A DNA stretch of 64,000 nucleotides from Octopus vulgaris (GCA_951406725.2 OX597818.1:93992001-94056000), one strand, 5' to 3'; positions 38,440 through 51,680 are shown, numbered from the stretch's first letter. Numbers and translations are program-made. Notes: generated by a model from the letters alone, not told the origin.

Positions 38440-39924
38440 GTACTGTTCTGTGATGGTAAGATTAACAAAAAAATTTCTCCATCTATATAGTTTGGTAAAA
38501 CAAACATGAGAAATAGCACTCAAAATGCACGAGTATATTAAAGTTTTTTATATTATTAAATGGCAGAAAGTTACAAAAGCTGCACAAGGGCTGAGATTCA
38601 AGAGTGCATAGCGCTTAAAATTTGGCAAGTGCTCTTGCTGAGCCACTTTTGTAACTTAGTGTTTTATCAAAAATAATAGATATGTAATGTATCATCATCA
38701 TCATCAGCAGCAGCAGCAGCAGCAGTGGAGGCGCAATGGCCCAATGGTTAGGGCAGCGGACTCGCGGTTTCGATTCCCAGACTGGGCATTGTGTGTGTTT
38801 ATTGAGCAAAAACGCCTAAAGCTCCACAAGGCTCCAGCAGGGGGTGGTGGTGACCCCTGTTGTACTCTTTTGCTCCAACTTTCTCTCATTCTTTCTTCCA
38901 GTTTCTTGTCCCTGACTTCCTACGCAACTGCTGAGCCTGGATGCGCATTCATCCATCTGTCAATGCTCTCGGTGTCGGGGGTTGACCTGCTTTCTCTTCT
39001 GCAGGTCTTCCGAATAGCAAAGGACCACATTTCGGACTTCTCCCATCTTGCGAGCTCTGAGACGAAGACTGCTTCGCTCAACAGTAACAACAGCAGCAGC
39101 AGCATCATTGTCAACATCATTATCATTTAACATTTTTCATACTGGCTTGGGTTGCACTATGTGTGTGTGTGTGTGTTTCTGAGTGGGATTAGTGTCATTA
39201 CATCACATTCATCACTATCATGCTTATCCTTTTGATCAGGATTATTCACTTTTGAATGCTGGTATGAGTCAGATGTGTGAGTTTTATAACTTATGACGTA
39301 TAACTTATAACGTATGAGTCAGATGTGTGAGTTTTATAACTTAATCTCACTCTTGTCTTTCTTGTGTCATCTTGCATGTGAAATGCAACACCTCGAGAGC
39401 TGAGCTTCTTACCATATTTTCTGGCATACAAGTTAAATTTTTCAGATCAGACTTTATAGCTAAAAAAAAAGAAGGTTGATTTATACACCAAGATGACTTT
39501 GAAGGACCAAAAATTCCATGTGAAGGATAATGATGAAGTTTGAACGTTTACACTACATGTTTACATTATATACTGGGTTAACTTTTAAGCCAGAAAATAC
39601 AGTATTTCTTCCCTTTCTCAATTTTTCCTCTGTAATGGTTATCAGCTCCCTTATTAACTAATACCTGCCTTTTGTTCAGAAGTTATCATTCATTTACATC
39701 ACATGTTCATAACCATCTCATTCATGCTTACTTTATTTTTCTCCATCTGCCATAAGTCTTCCACATGCAATGCTCCATGTCTCACTATCATGTAGCATTG
39801 TATTTTTCATACATTTTTGTACAATTTGACATTTAAACTGAAACGGAAAAAACATTTTTTGCCAAACAAATTAAACGGTTCCTCTAGCGTCTTCAAGTCT
39901 TTTCTTTCTCTAGCTAATACACTA

Positions 39925-40205
39925 TCACCAGAATCATCAGAAACAGTGATTGTTTGTGGAAGGACAGCAATCGCCCATGCATACTAGCCTCCCCTCTCCA
40001 CGACACCAGTGTTACCCAAGGGAAAGGCAAAAGCTGATACAGCTCGGCACCTGTGACGTCGCAACTCATTTCTACAGCTGAGTGAACTGGAGCAACATGA
40101 AATAAAGTGTCTTGCTCAAGAACACAACACGCAGCCTGGTCCGGGATTCGAGCTCACAACCTCACGATCGGAAGCTCGACACTCTAATCACTGAGCTATG
40201 CGCCG
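39925..40205 (-). mobile_element. SINE family C
   Basis: Reverse-complement similarity to 8224-8560. Confidence 0.8.
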
Positions 40206-40325
40206 TCTGTGCATTTAAGATACTGAAAATGATAAATATCTCCCATCAGTCACCAGGGTTACCATTTAAGCTTAAATTCAATGATGTTAAATGTTAAAAA
40301 AAAAAGTAAAAAATGGTTGTGGTGG

Positions 40326-40533
40326 GGTGCAGGTATGGCCATGTGGTTCAGAAGCTCACTGTACAACCTTGTGGTTTTGGGTTCAGTCTCACTGCACAGC
40401 ACCTTGGGTAAATGTCTTTTACTCAGGTTGACCAAAGCTTGTGAATGAATTTGGTAAACAGAAACTGTGTGGAAGACCATCATATCTGTCTGTCTGTCTG
40501 TTTCCTTATCTATATGTTTGTCAGTCTTTTTCC

Positions 40534-40565
<32 letters not shown>

Positions 40566-40608
40566 TGATCATCTATCTATCTATTGATCATCTATCTATC
40601 TATTGATC

Positions 40609-40662
<54 letters not shown>

Positions 40663-40945
40663 ATCTCTCTCTGTCTATCTCTGTCTGTCTCTCTGTCTAT
40701 CTGTCTGTCTGTAGTTTTGTATTTGTGTTTGTCCCATTATTGCTTGACAATCAGTGTTAGGTTGTTTACATACTGTAACTTAGTGATTCATCAAAAGAGA
40801 TTGATATAATAAGAACCAGTGTTAAAAAAGAAAGAAAGAAAGAAACATAGTACTGCAGCTGATTTCTTCAACTAAACCTTTTGAAGTAGTGCCCCAGCAA
40901 GGCCATAGTCCACTGACTGAAACAAATAAAAGATGAAAGAAAAGA
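40326..40945 (+). mobile_element. SINE family A with expanded (TATC)n core
   Basis: Family A head and tail surrounding a tetranucleotide microsatellite. Confidence 0.8.
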
Positions 40946-41268
40946 TAAAGGTAATCATCATCATCATCATCATCATCATTTAGTGTCTATTTTCCATGCT
41001 GGCATGTGTTGGCTGGCTCAGCAGGAGCTTGCAAGTCAGTGGATTGTACTGAGTTCCAATGTCTGCTTTGGTATGGTTTCTATGGCAGGATGCCCTTCCT
41101 AATGCCAAGCCTTCCGTCAGCAGTGATGGACAACATGCAAGTGTGCTGCCACCATGTACTGGAACCCTAACAATTCAGGTAAATAAATAAGTGAATAGAT
41201 AAATGATAAATTTCTTTTAGAATTCAAGACAAATGTCCATGCACAAAATGTTAGCTTGTACATCATTT

Positions 41269-41714
41269 GGATCTTTTCGGTTTGAATGGCAGTTTTTTCT
41301 CGTGGTGTCATATGAAATTGTCACCCGTAATTATGACCCTAGTATCGATCTATTGCATTTCAATCTGTTTTAGGGTTAGGGTTAGTTAGCGTTAGTTAGG
41401 GTTAGGGTTAGGGGTGGGGGGAAGGGTTTCTTTTTTCTTCACAAATGTAAATAAACCCAATCTGTTTCTTAAACGAGGGACATATTCATATGGCACAGAA
41501 TGTTTTTTTTTACCTCAATAGACGTCATTGATTGGTTGAAATTGCAGAAATTGAAGAAAAACAACAACAAATATCTTACAATGTACAGAATTTTCTCAAT
41601 AAAGCCAAAAGAAAAAGATGTTTTATAAACACATTCTACCAGTATATGAAGTTTAAAAGTGTTTAGTTACATGGAAATTATTAAAAAAAACTGTCATTCA
41701 AACCGAAAAGATCC
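41269..41714. mobile_element. Non-autonomous TIR DNA transposon with 8-bp TSD (Merlin-like termini) and internal TTAGGG repeats
   Basis: TIRs ggatcttttcggtttgaatggcagtttttt / aaaaaactgtcattcaaaccgaaaagatcc; TSD catcattt at 41261-41268 and 41715-41722. Confidence 0.9.
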
Positions 41715-42327
41715 CATCATTTCATAGCATATCAATATATATCTCTTCAGAGTTTATTTCCAAACTATTTTCTTACCGTTTGCTGCAGACTACTAATTCA
41801 CTTCTGTTGATAATCTTTATGAATTGGGACTCTAATATCATACTTAGTCAACTATTGTTTCTCTTGATGATTGACAAGAGAACCTGTCAAAAATGTGTTG
41901 GCTGTCAATTGATGTGATTAGATATTTCATATGACAAAACAATACTTAATGATGTAACCCATTCTGTGTTTCTTTTATAAAAAAAAAATCTCTAAGCCCA
42001 TTTTATGTTTAAAACAAAAATAGAATTTTCTTATCTCACGATGGACATTTGTTCTTGATTCAGGAGGAGACAGCAACTGGAAGAATAGAAAAAGACCAGA
42101 AACAAAGATTTAGGGAAATGGGGAGTTACAGGAGTAAATTCTAGAAGGAAACAGCTGAAAGATTAAAAATAAAGCTACCAGGAAATCAAGTAGCAGTTGC
42201 AGGAACTGAATTAGAACAAAGTACAAAAATTGTGGTCAAGGAACTTCAGAGCAACAAAAAGAAAACTGAACAAATTTACCTGGAATTGTAAGAGCAATTA
42301 AATAAGAAAGAGCCAATATCAGCAGTT

Positions 42328-43083
42328 ATGAACTTGAATGTAATATCCAAACTAATTTGGTTGGCACTATTTTGCCACATTATAAAACAAGGTGATAGCA
42401 TTATTGACATGAATATTCATGAACTTCAGTTCATTTCTGACCACCTGACCATTAGAGAGTGTGCAATGTTAGTGAGAGCACTACAAATAAACACATGGGA
42501 ATTACCTAAGAACCTTAATAGAAGAAGAGTCAGCAAAACTAAACCTCCAGTTCCATGTTTAATCCTGTTACTCAATTATGATCAGAATAAGGGAAGGCAC
42601 AAGACCTTCCATGACCTCTCACGTCGACTGAATCAAATTGGTAGGAAAGATCTAGCAGACAAGCTCTCTCAAATGATATTCCACAAGAAGGCAGAGGACA
42701 TTAAGAAAAATTACCTTAATGATCCTTTCAGGAAGCTAATACACCCAACGCCAATTTTTGTGAAAATTGTTACTGGGGAAGGGGTGAGTGAACAGAAGGG
42801 AGAACACATGCCACATTATGATACAAGGCCTAAAGTTAAGGAAACCAACTTTTGGAGCACAGTAATAATGATGTTTTCTGTAGTGACAGTGTTGAGCCTT
42901 TTATTCATGGTCACATCACTCTGTGTTACTGGATGTCCTGTTTACATCAGGTCATTTTACCGAAGCTGTGCACCTCAATATCTTGTTAATTGTACCTCTA
43001 AATGTTACAATGTTATTTGTAACATTAAAGATTCGAAAGCTGAAAAATCTTATGCACTACCAAGAAGAAAAGAAGCAAATTAA
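42328..43083 (+). CDS. Intronless signal peptide + death-fold + transmembrane protein, TMDD1-like (251 aa)
   Basis: Uninterrupted non-repetitive ORF. Hydrophobic N-terminus (VISKLIWLALFCHII). Death-domain-like helices (LQFISDHLTIRECAMLVRAL ... CLILLLNY ... TFHDLSRRLNQIGRKDLADKL). TM segment TVIMMFSVVTVLSLLFMVTSLCV and a Cys-rich tail. Resemblance to human TMDD1 is from memory, not a search. Confidence 0.82.
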   Translation: MNLNVISKLIWLALFCHIIKQGDSIIDMNIHELQFISDHLTIRECAMLVRALQINTWELPKNLNRRRVSKTKPPVPCLILLLNYDQNKGRHKTFHDLSRRLNQIGRKDLADKLSQMIFHKKAEDIKKNYLNDPFRKLIHPTPIFVKIVTGEGVSEQKGEHMPHYDTRPKVKETNFWSTVIMMFSVVTVLSLLFMVTSLCVTGCPVYIRSFYRSCAPQYLVNCTSKCYNVICNIKDSKAEKSYALPRRKEAN

Positions 43084-43358
43084 TAATTTTTTTAAAAATG
43101 TAATAATTTTATATACATACGTATATATTTATGTGTATATATATATATATATATATATACATGCCACTTTCTCTCCCACCATTTCTGTCTCTTTATCTAT
43201 CTATCTGCCTGTCTGTTCATGTCAGTGTACGAGATAAATGCATATGAACTTAGTATAAACTTAATTTACTTGAGAAATTTAATCACTTCAAGTATGCAAC
43301 TAACAAGCATTCGGTATCATGATTTTATGTTTTACGTGAAGAATGGACTTAACATATA

Positions 43359-43807
43359 ACTAGCAGTATAGCCCCGCATTACCCAGGTTTGTTTTTTAGC
43401 TGCCCTTAAAACAGCAGACTTTGATGACGCATTAACAAAGTTTTGACATGGTTTCAATCTTTTTTGAAAAGTAAAACTTTTGCATTATATAGCTTGTTAT
43501 TCTCTTTAAGTGAACATTTTTCTGGTTGAAATATACCGAAAAATGGTGACACAGCAGTCAAAAAAATCATAAAAAATAGGGATTTTCATAGAAAAAAAAG
43601 CACCTTTTTAATGTAAATAATTTTTGGTCTTAACATGGTTCAATTTGAATTTTTTCTTCTACAGAATGAAGAGCAAGCCTTCTTCCATCATACTTTCAAT
43701 TTTGGTCAACTTGTGCCACAGGGTCTCGGAGGAGATAGTGTTAGTTGAAGGCTACCAAACCTGCCATACACACACACAGACAACTTCAGCTTTATATGTA
43801 TAAATAT
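43359..43807 (+). mobile_element. Helentron/HINE-like element (older)
   Basis: Starts actagcagtatagccccgc; ends cacagacaacttcagctttatat. Confidence 0.6.
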
Positions 43808-45049
43808 ATAAAGAAAATATTAGAATCTGTTCTCCAAGTTACTTCATATGATATCTCTAGATATTTTGGTGGCTATTCTCTTCTCCAGCTGCTGCTGTCC
43901 TAAAGACAGCCATTTATTTAGCCACACAATAACATAATATATAGCACTTATTAACACCATGAGTGCTTGATGTATAAATCAGTCAGGAACAGAAAAAAAA
44001 TAGCGAAGCAATCACTTTATATATTACTAAGAAATAATAACTGTCTTGAAAAAGGTATTAAAGAATATTTTCAGTGCTCTATGGGGTGGGGGGAGATCCA
44101 AGACAATGTAGGACATAGAATACATGCCAGGATTTATATAAGAGATAGATAAACATGAACGTAAGTAACGCAATCCTAGTTCATTGGTGAGATATTTATT
44201 CCTTGAGTGGACATTAAGCACACACACACACACACACACACACTCATACACACACACACACACACACACATACACACTCTCTCTCTCTCTCACATCCACC
44301 CACATACATATATTTATATGTTTATTTTAATACAATAGTATGTTCCTATCTATGTTTTGTGTAACACCTTGGGAAGCAACTTATCATCATGTGTTAACGC
44401 CCATTTTCCATGTTGGTATGGGTCAGTAATAAATAGACATATGATAATTATGGTAGTGGTGGTGGGAGAGACACCAGCAGTGAAGTTGGCACTGATAATG
44501 ATGAATGGGGAAAGAGAGAGAGAGAGAGAATGTATTGAGTTCAAACTTTGCTGAGGCCAACATTACATTTTATCCTTTTAAGGTCAATTAGATACGTGCT
44601 AGTCAAGTACTAAACTAAATGGATATATACCAATCAGTCAAAGCATAAAAGTCAAGTATTTATTTCTATATTCACAGTACATCACTGTATTGTCATGTTC
44701 AATACACAGTTTCATAACTCACACTATACAACTATGATGCTATGTCTTTGTACAACTGCTTTACTATTTACACTGTAGTATAATGATCAGTACATATCAT
44801 TTCACTATTGTGGGACAATACATGAACAGACAAACATGGACAAATAAACACAAAAGTGGGGACAAAAAAATGAATGAAAAAGGATGAATTATACAATGAA
44901 AATGAAAAAACGGAATGAACCTACTTGACCCCCACATGACTTAATTTAATTTAATGACTTAATTTAAATTTGTCAAAATTGATTAAATACCATTATTAAG
45001 TCTTTTGAATCAAATACGGTAAGTCTTTTGAATTAGGTAACATTATTTT

Positions 45050-46334
45050 TCACTAAGTCTTACTGTAGCCGGTATTTTCTTGATATCAGTTTTTTACTTC
45101 AGCTTATCAGGGCTCTCCCTTGGTACCACAGTACATTTCATAAGTGAGGACACTGACTCATTGTCCAAAGTGTTCACCTCTGTTCAGTTTTTTGACTTTC
45201 CCTTTCACAGAAATACACTTTTCTTGGGGTGGAGGTGGGAGGACTTTTGGCTTGTGTGTGTGTGTGTGCAGTATTGGTGTTCATGTCTAGTTGTATAGGA
45301 TGAGGGCCGGTGTCCGTAGGGGACGGGAGGGGAGGGTGGGATCGGGTTGGCGCAGGTGGGAATCAACAGTAACAGTATGTACCTTTTCCTCCTTTTTCTT
45401 TTTCTTTTTCCTGCTATCTCCTCGTCATCCTTGGCTCCATCCTCTGTCATATCCTGCTCTTCCTTGTTGCTTGGCTCCTCCTTGCTAACTCCCACTGAAT
45501 TTGTTATCATTGGAGGTGGAGGTGCAGTTTCTTTCCCGTTGGTGTTCTCACTGGTGCCATTGTGGGTGGTGGAGGGCAGTTCGCTCTTATGTGGAATTTT
45601 TGGCCACACTTGAAGCAGTGGGCTTACTGCCCTCCACTATCACCTTAAGTACCATCTCTTCACCTTTTGTTATTGTTTCAATGATCCTTTGGGGTGGCTT
45701 GGATAGCCATATCCAGGTGCTGCCCTTGCCAGTTTCTAGGTTCCAATTTTACTACTTGGAGGACCACTATTTCATCTTCCAGACCCGGCAGAATTGCCAC
45801 CACCAGCCAGACCACATCCACTTTTGGAGGGAGGTCTTCCGCCCTTAACCTGGAAGAATGCCTTCCAAGGTAGCTGGGTAGAAGCACCACCTTATTCATC
45901 TTGGCTTTTGCTGTGGTACAAAACCACACCTCCACCATAGCAAATTTATTTCTTCAGGCAAGGTACGTAATATCTTGCCAGATTGGTTTTAATGCCTTCT
46001 CAATTTGCAATGTTGATGCCATTTCCACTTTCTTTGCTTTTGGATTAGAAGTCCTGTATATAATTATTTTTTCTATTGTCAGCTTTATAATATTGCTGGT
46101 AGGGGACACCTTGACAGCCTGTCCCTCCCGGCGTAACATATATTTGAATTTTTCTCTATTGCACCTCTCTGCGTTCAGCTCTTTGCTGCTCCCTCTGGTT
46201 ACAGCTGCAAAATCTCTTCCTCCTACACTCTTTTCCATTTCCATCTTCCGTTCCATTGCTTCAAGGCTCTTCAGCAATTCCTCTTCAGACAATGAATACA
46301 TGTCTGATGAGCTGAGGCTTTCATATTCCATCAT
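45050..46334 (-). pseudogene. Disrupted gag-like ORF1 of a Tx1/L1-type non-LTR element with CCHC zinc knuckle; no ORF2
   Basis: Consecutive minus-strand ORFs are separated by stops and frameshifts. VIVEGSKP is followed by CFKCGQKFHIRANC (45617-45576), then a low-complexity basic/acidic tail. Confidence 0.72.
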
Positions 46335-47324
46335 TATTACAGCGTTTCCCTTTCAAGTAAGGGTAAAAACTGACAAATAAAGCTGCTGCAATAGCAAAAC
46401 AAGTGTCGTAAGACACACAACAATTTATAACAAACAGAAATAAAACATAATTAACAATGTGACTGACTGCTATAACAAACAACATGAACAAGGGGTAGCA
46501 ACATCAACTGTGACCCTATAGCGATGGAATCAATAGAGAAAAAAATGGACAAGTTCATATAAGACTCATGCATGCTTTGTGGCTGGTGATTTTAATTATT
46601 TAAATGTACAGCATATTCATTAGGAGTTCAATACATGACACATCCATTTTGAGAAGATGCATTGCTTAGTGATTAGATGGTTGTAGTTGTGATTGTAAGA
46701 TAATGGTTTCCATTCCTAGACTGGGTGATGTATTGCATTCTTGAGCAAAGTAGTTCATTTCACAGTGCTCCAGTCCACTCAGCTGTATATGAGTTCTAGT
46801 AGTAACTGGGAAGGCAACCCTGTGATGGACAAGCATTCCATTCATGGGTGAGCATTTGAACCTCAGTCACTTATATACCATGGAAACTGAGTTAAGCTCT
46901 GGCCTCATGAGTTTTAGGTCTCATGACAAATCCAAGTCCTACGTCTTAAAATATACCAAGAAAAAAAAAAGGAGCATTTTATTATTTCAATTTTATGCTT
47001 CATATCTTTATGTGATCCTTGAATTTTGATTTAGAAGTTAATTGAAATCCTAATTTTAAACCTGATTCCACAAATACCTTTACCACTTGAAATTTTCCTT
47101 ATAATTATGTAATAAAAGAGAGTTAGTGTTGATGACTTTTGCTTGGTAAGTGAAGCTGATGTGATTAATGCTCAGCTTCTACAGATGTCAAAAGGAAAAT
47201 GTGAAAGATATTCTTGAGAGATACATTTTGAGACCGAGAGATTAGATATGTGGGGAAAGTGAAACATGGTAGGGATAATAAGAGAGAAAGGGGAGGAAGG
47301 GACGAAGGGAAGGAGGTAGACAGT

Positions 47325-47374
47325 AGAGATAGATAGAGAGAGGGAGAGAGAAAGAAAAAGAAAAGAGAGAGAGA

Positions 47375-47443
<69 letters not shown>
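47325..47443. repeat. (GA)n microsatellite
   Basis: Read directly. Confidence 0.97.
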
Positions 47444-47446
<3 letters not shown>

Positions 47447-50400
47447 TGTATATCAAGCATAATTAGGTTTTGCTTCTCTGAACAGCTAGCTTGTTTAGTG
47501 GATCAGAATCTGTGGTAGAAGTGCTGGAAGAGATGTACAAAAGAAAACAAGCTATCTATGAACCAATAATCAAAGCACATTGGTGAAAGAATATTTGCAA
47601 AACATCTTACTTTCAGTATCAAAACGAATTTTTATTTCAAGGGAGTTAACTCTGCTTTGTTTAGAGTGAGCTTAACATGAGCTCAGATAAAACAAAGCAT
47701 TCACAGGATGTATTTTCCATGTATTTTGTATGTAATGAGGTTGTTTTCGGTTGATTTTCATTAATTAAGATAGGAGAGAGTTTGGAATCATTTGTATCTG
47801 TTTACTAGTTATTATAGCAGTTACAGAGTTACAGACAATTGAGAGGAAAGTATCTTTTTGGAAAGAGCATCACATAGAGGGTGCATGTAGTCGGACTGTC
47901 GATTAGGTTATATGACATTACAATTTTTTGTTGACAATATCAAACACCAGCATCTACAAATTTCAGCTTTAATGAATTTGAAGAGCAAAATCGTTAGCAG
48001 AGCAAGAGAGATGTTATAAAACAATGTGATATTGGTGACTGGAACAGCCTTCAAATATTAGTGATAATTGACAGATTATTGTTGTTGCTTAGTTCCAATT
48101 TAGTTTTGATCAAGCAGATCATCATCATCGTCGACGTTTAACGTCCGCTTTTCATGCTAGCATGGGTTGGACGATTTGACTGCACCAGACTCCAATCTGA
48201 TCTGGCAGAGTTTCTACAGCTGGATGCCCTTCCTAACGCCAACCACTCCGAGAGTGTAGTAAGATATATAATCAAAATGTATTCCCTTTAGGACTATCTC
48301 ACCTTAATTTATTTTTTAGATTCAGTGTTTTTAAGATCACATTATACAATGCACCCCAACTTTTTTCAAGACAGTAGAATTTAGGAATGTGGTTTGAGGT
48401 ATTTTTATCTGTTATTTTTAGCAGGTTAAACAACTTCAAGGAACCTTCAGAGGTGGACGAATCCCTTATGTGCTATTTGAAGTAGACAGTTGATTGCTTG
48501 GTTCAACACCAGTAGGATATTTTGTGGATATTGTTCTGCAAAATATGAAGTTTTTTTTCTACTGCCAGATGTTGATGCTTTTGTTTAACCTTCAAATCAT
48601 CTCTGAATGAGCAGACTTGTAATCAACCAATATCACATTGTTTTATAACATCTTTCTTACTCTTGCTCTGCCAACGATTTTGCACTTCAAATTCATTAAA
48701 GCAGGAATTTGTAGATGCTGGTGTTTGATATTGTCAACAAAAAATTGTAATGAGCTGGCAGATTTGCTAAAGTATTGGACTACAATACTTTGCATTGTAG
48801 GAACTTCTGGTTCCTTACATTCTCTGTTCAAATCCTGCCATAGGTAACTTCAAATTTTTAAGGTGGCAAATCATTAGTATTCAGGACAAAATGCTTTAAG
48901 GCAATTCTTCCACTTAACAGTCTGAGTCAAATTCTGCTGAGGTTGACTTTGTCTTTCATCCTCACAAGGTCCATAAAATAATTGTCAAGCACTGGGATTG
49001 TAATTGGACTAGCTCCCTCCCTACAAATTTCAGGCTTAGTACCTATAATAGAAAGAATATATTAATGTTTTCTAACACTGGAATAAGACCACAAACTTCG
49101 TGAGGGGGTGTACTCAGTTAAATCAACATCATAACCTTTTTGGTATTTCATTTCATTGAACGCAGAAATATAAAAATTGCAAAGTTGATTTCAGTAGGAC
49201 TGAACTCTGAATATAATGATCACAAATAAATACTGCAAGCTGTTTAACTCGACATTCTAATGATTCTGCTAATCCACTACCCTTGATACATAATTAGAAA
49301 TAAAACATTTTGTTAAAGGGAAAACCATTATGCCAATATAATTAACATGCACACACTGGTTCAATTTCATTTATTTATTAAACACCTTGTGAAAACTTAT
49401 TAAATTGTAGGAAACACTTTACAAAGACAGATGTGTTAACCCTATTATAAAAAAGATCCCTTGCCAATGGTTGTTTACTTTTGACAGACATAAATAGATC
49501 ATTAAATTTGAAATGTTTTTTAATTTTGTACGAAAGGCATTTTGATGCAGTTTTGCACAAAGAATATTCTGCATGTATTTTTCTTGCAAAATACTTTGGC
49601 TAGCAAGTAATAATTTTTCTTCTAAAGATTTGAATTTAAATGAACAACCCAATCTGTTTCAGGAGATCCCAAATGGTTTACTTTTTGCAAGAGATCTGCT
49701 CCCATGGTCAAGTAAACAATTTTACTTTTAATCATCTGTATTTGCAGTGCAGAAGACACATGTTAGCCATTTAAAGACACACAAAAACTGTCAACTGTAC
49801 TTAAACATTTATCATTTGTTATATGGTATCAAAATTTTCATTGTGTGAATGCAACCTAGCCACTGACAAAGTTGCAATGTGTCTTCCATACTGCAATCAT
49901 TTTAGTTTCAGCATATGACCTCGGACCAAATCACTTGCTTGGAAAATATATCTCTGAAAAATCATTTACATCCTAAATCACAAATGCTTAAGAAATACAT
50001 GTCAGAGACTGTTGCAAAAAGTGAGACTAGCATTTGTCTCATCTTTTTCTTTTTAACACAGAATGCTCTTAACTACCAATGTCCATTACAGTACAACTGT
50101 TGCTGTCCAAAAGTAAAACACTCATGCTAGTAATTCAAATTTTATAAGCTACACTAACACGGAGTTTGATTAAGGCAAAGTGGAACATAACACAACAGTG
50201 TATCATAGCAGAGATTTGGTGCTCCAGATGAGTGCTGATAGAGTAGTCCATTAACATAGGTTATTGCACTTTCACTCTGATTTGGCTGGTTGAATAAACC
50301 TTTGGTTAAAGATATTCCAGTTATGACTACCCCTTCTTTCTCTAAGACACAATGCACCAGATCCCCATTTTTCTTGGCTGCTATTTCTAGCAGGTCAAGT

Positions 50401-50859
50401 GACAGCATATAGGCTCATTTGTTAGATTGTAGCACATTGTTGCTTAACTTCATCTCAGCCTTGCTTGAGCAGATCAAGAATAAAAAGCAAAACTGATTTC
50501 AAGAAGATTTGACAGGTTTTTCTAGTATGTTAAGCAACAAGGTAGAAGCTTCCTATTTGGCTTGACTCCTGTAGATGGATGATCAAGATTTGAACCACTT
50601 CTCTGCCTACCTGAGGATCACACACCACCTTAATACATGTAGTCATTTAACATATACAAAGGGCAGTATGGTAGTCTAGGCAGTGTTTCTCCCACTGTTT
50701 TAGCTTGTTCCAGTATGTTCTGGAGGAACGTAGTCCAAGGCGGACAGTTGTTGTGCCTTTCACAATGGGTCGATTACACACTGAATCGTACGCTGTAGTT
50801 TAGCCTCAAACCTGACTTGGTTGAGTTGACTTATAATTAAAGATATTGTTATTCAGCCG

Positions 50860-51680
50860 CAAAAGCAGCAGATCTATGATCGAAGGCATTCCAGCCATGA
50901 CCATCTAGTCTTTTTCCTATGCGCAGGGAATCCAGAACATTTTGAAACGCGTCCTTTTCCAAAACTGTAAGATATGATGTATTGGAAATATGGCTGCTAT
51001 TTCTAGCAGGTTGAGTAACTCAAGTAATATAACGTTTTGAAGGATGTTGAATGTAATAGCGTTGCGGTCGTTAAGCTACTGATCAGCACTTTTTAAGATA
51101 GTAGGGTATAGTTTGAAATTTAATTTTTATTTTTTAGCAGGTCGATCGACCAACAAAGACGATCCAATCCATGATGCCACCGTCTTTTTTTTTTTTTTTT
51201 GAAGCATCGTATATCTAAGATAAATTATTTAATTTGCACGGTTTTTTCAAAAAGACCGTATAATGGAATTTATGTGCTAATTCTAGCAAGTCAAACAAAC
51301 AACTAGAAGTTCCCTTGTTGTTTAGCAACGATCAGCTCAGTCAGAGCTGACCTATGATGAAGGACGTTCCAGTCATGACTATTCCATCATTTTCTCAGGC
51401 AAAGCTCTAAAGAATCCAACGTGAACTTCCATTTTACGATTGTAGGATGTGATTTCCGGAAGATTTGGCAGGCATCCTTAGCAGATCGAACGAAAATGTA
51501 AAGGCTTCGTTCATTCAAGCATGCTCATGATCAAAAGGTTTCCGGCCATGACCATCCGACATTTTAAGGTATAGTGAATCTTGGACAAAGCTATCCACTG
51601 CACATATACCTTTAAGAAAGTAGAGTGTAATTCAAGGGAGATTTAGCTGCTATTATTTGCAAACTGAATAAACACGAAGT
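50860..51680 (+). repeat. Cluster of about five diverged copies of an old ~180-200-bp interspersed repeat
   Basis: Recurrent ctatgatc..ggcattccagccatgaccatc and gatttggctgctatttctagcagg motifs. Confidence 0.7.

Noticed and set aside
38687-39130. PolyH/polyQ ORF
   Set aside because: (CAT)n(CAG)n microsatellite followed by a SINE-like repeat.
41369-41421. Telomere or chromosome-fusion scar
   Set aside because: The short tract lies inside a TIR element with a TSD, and there is no head-to-head CCCTAA array.
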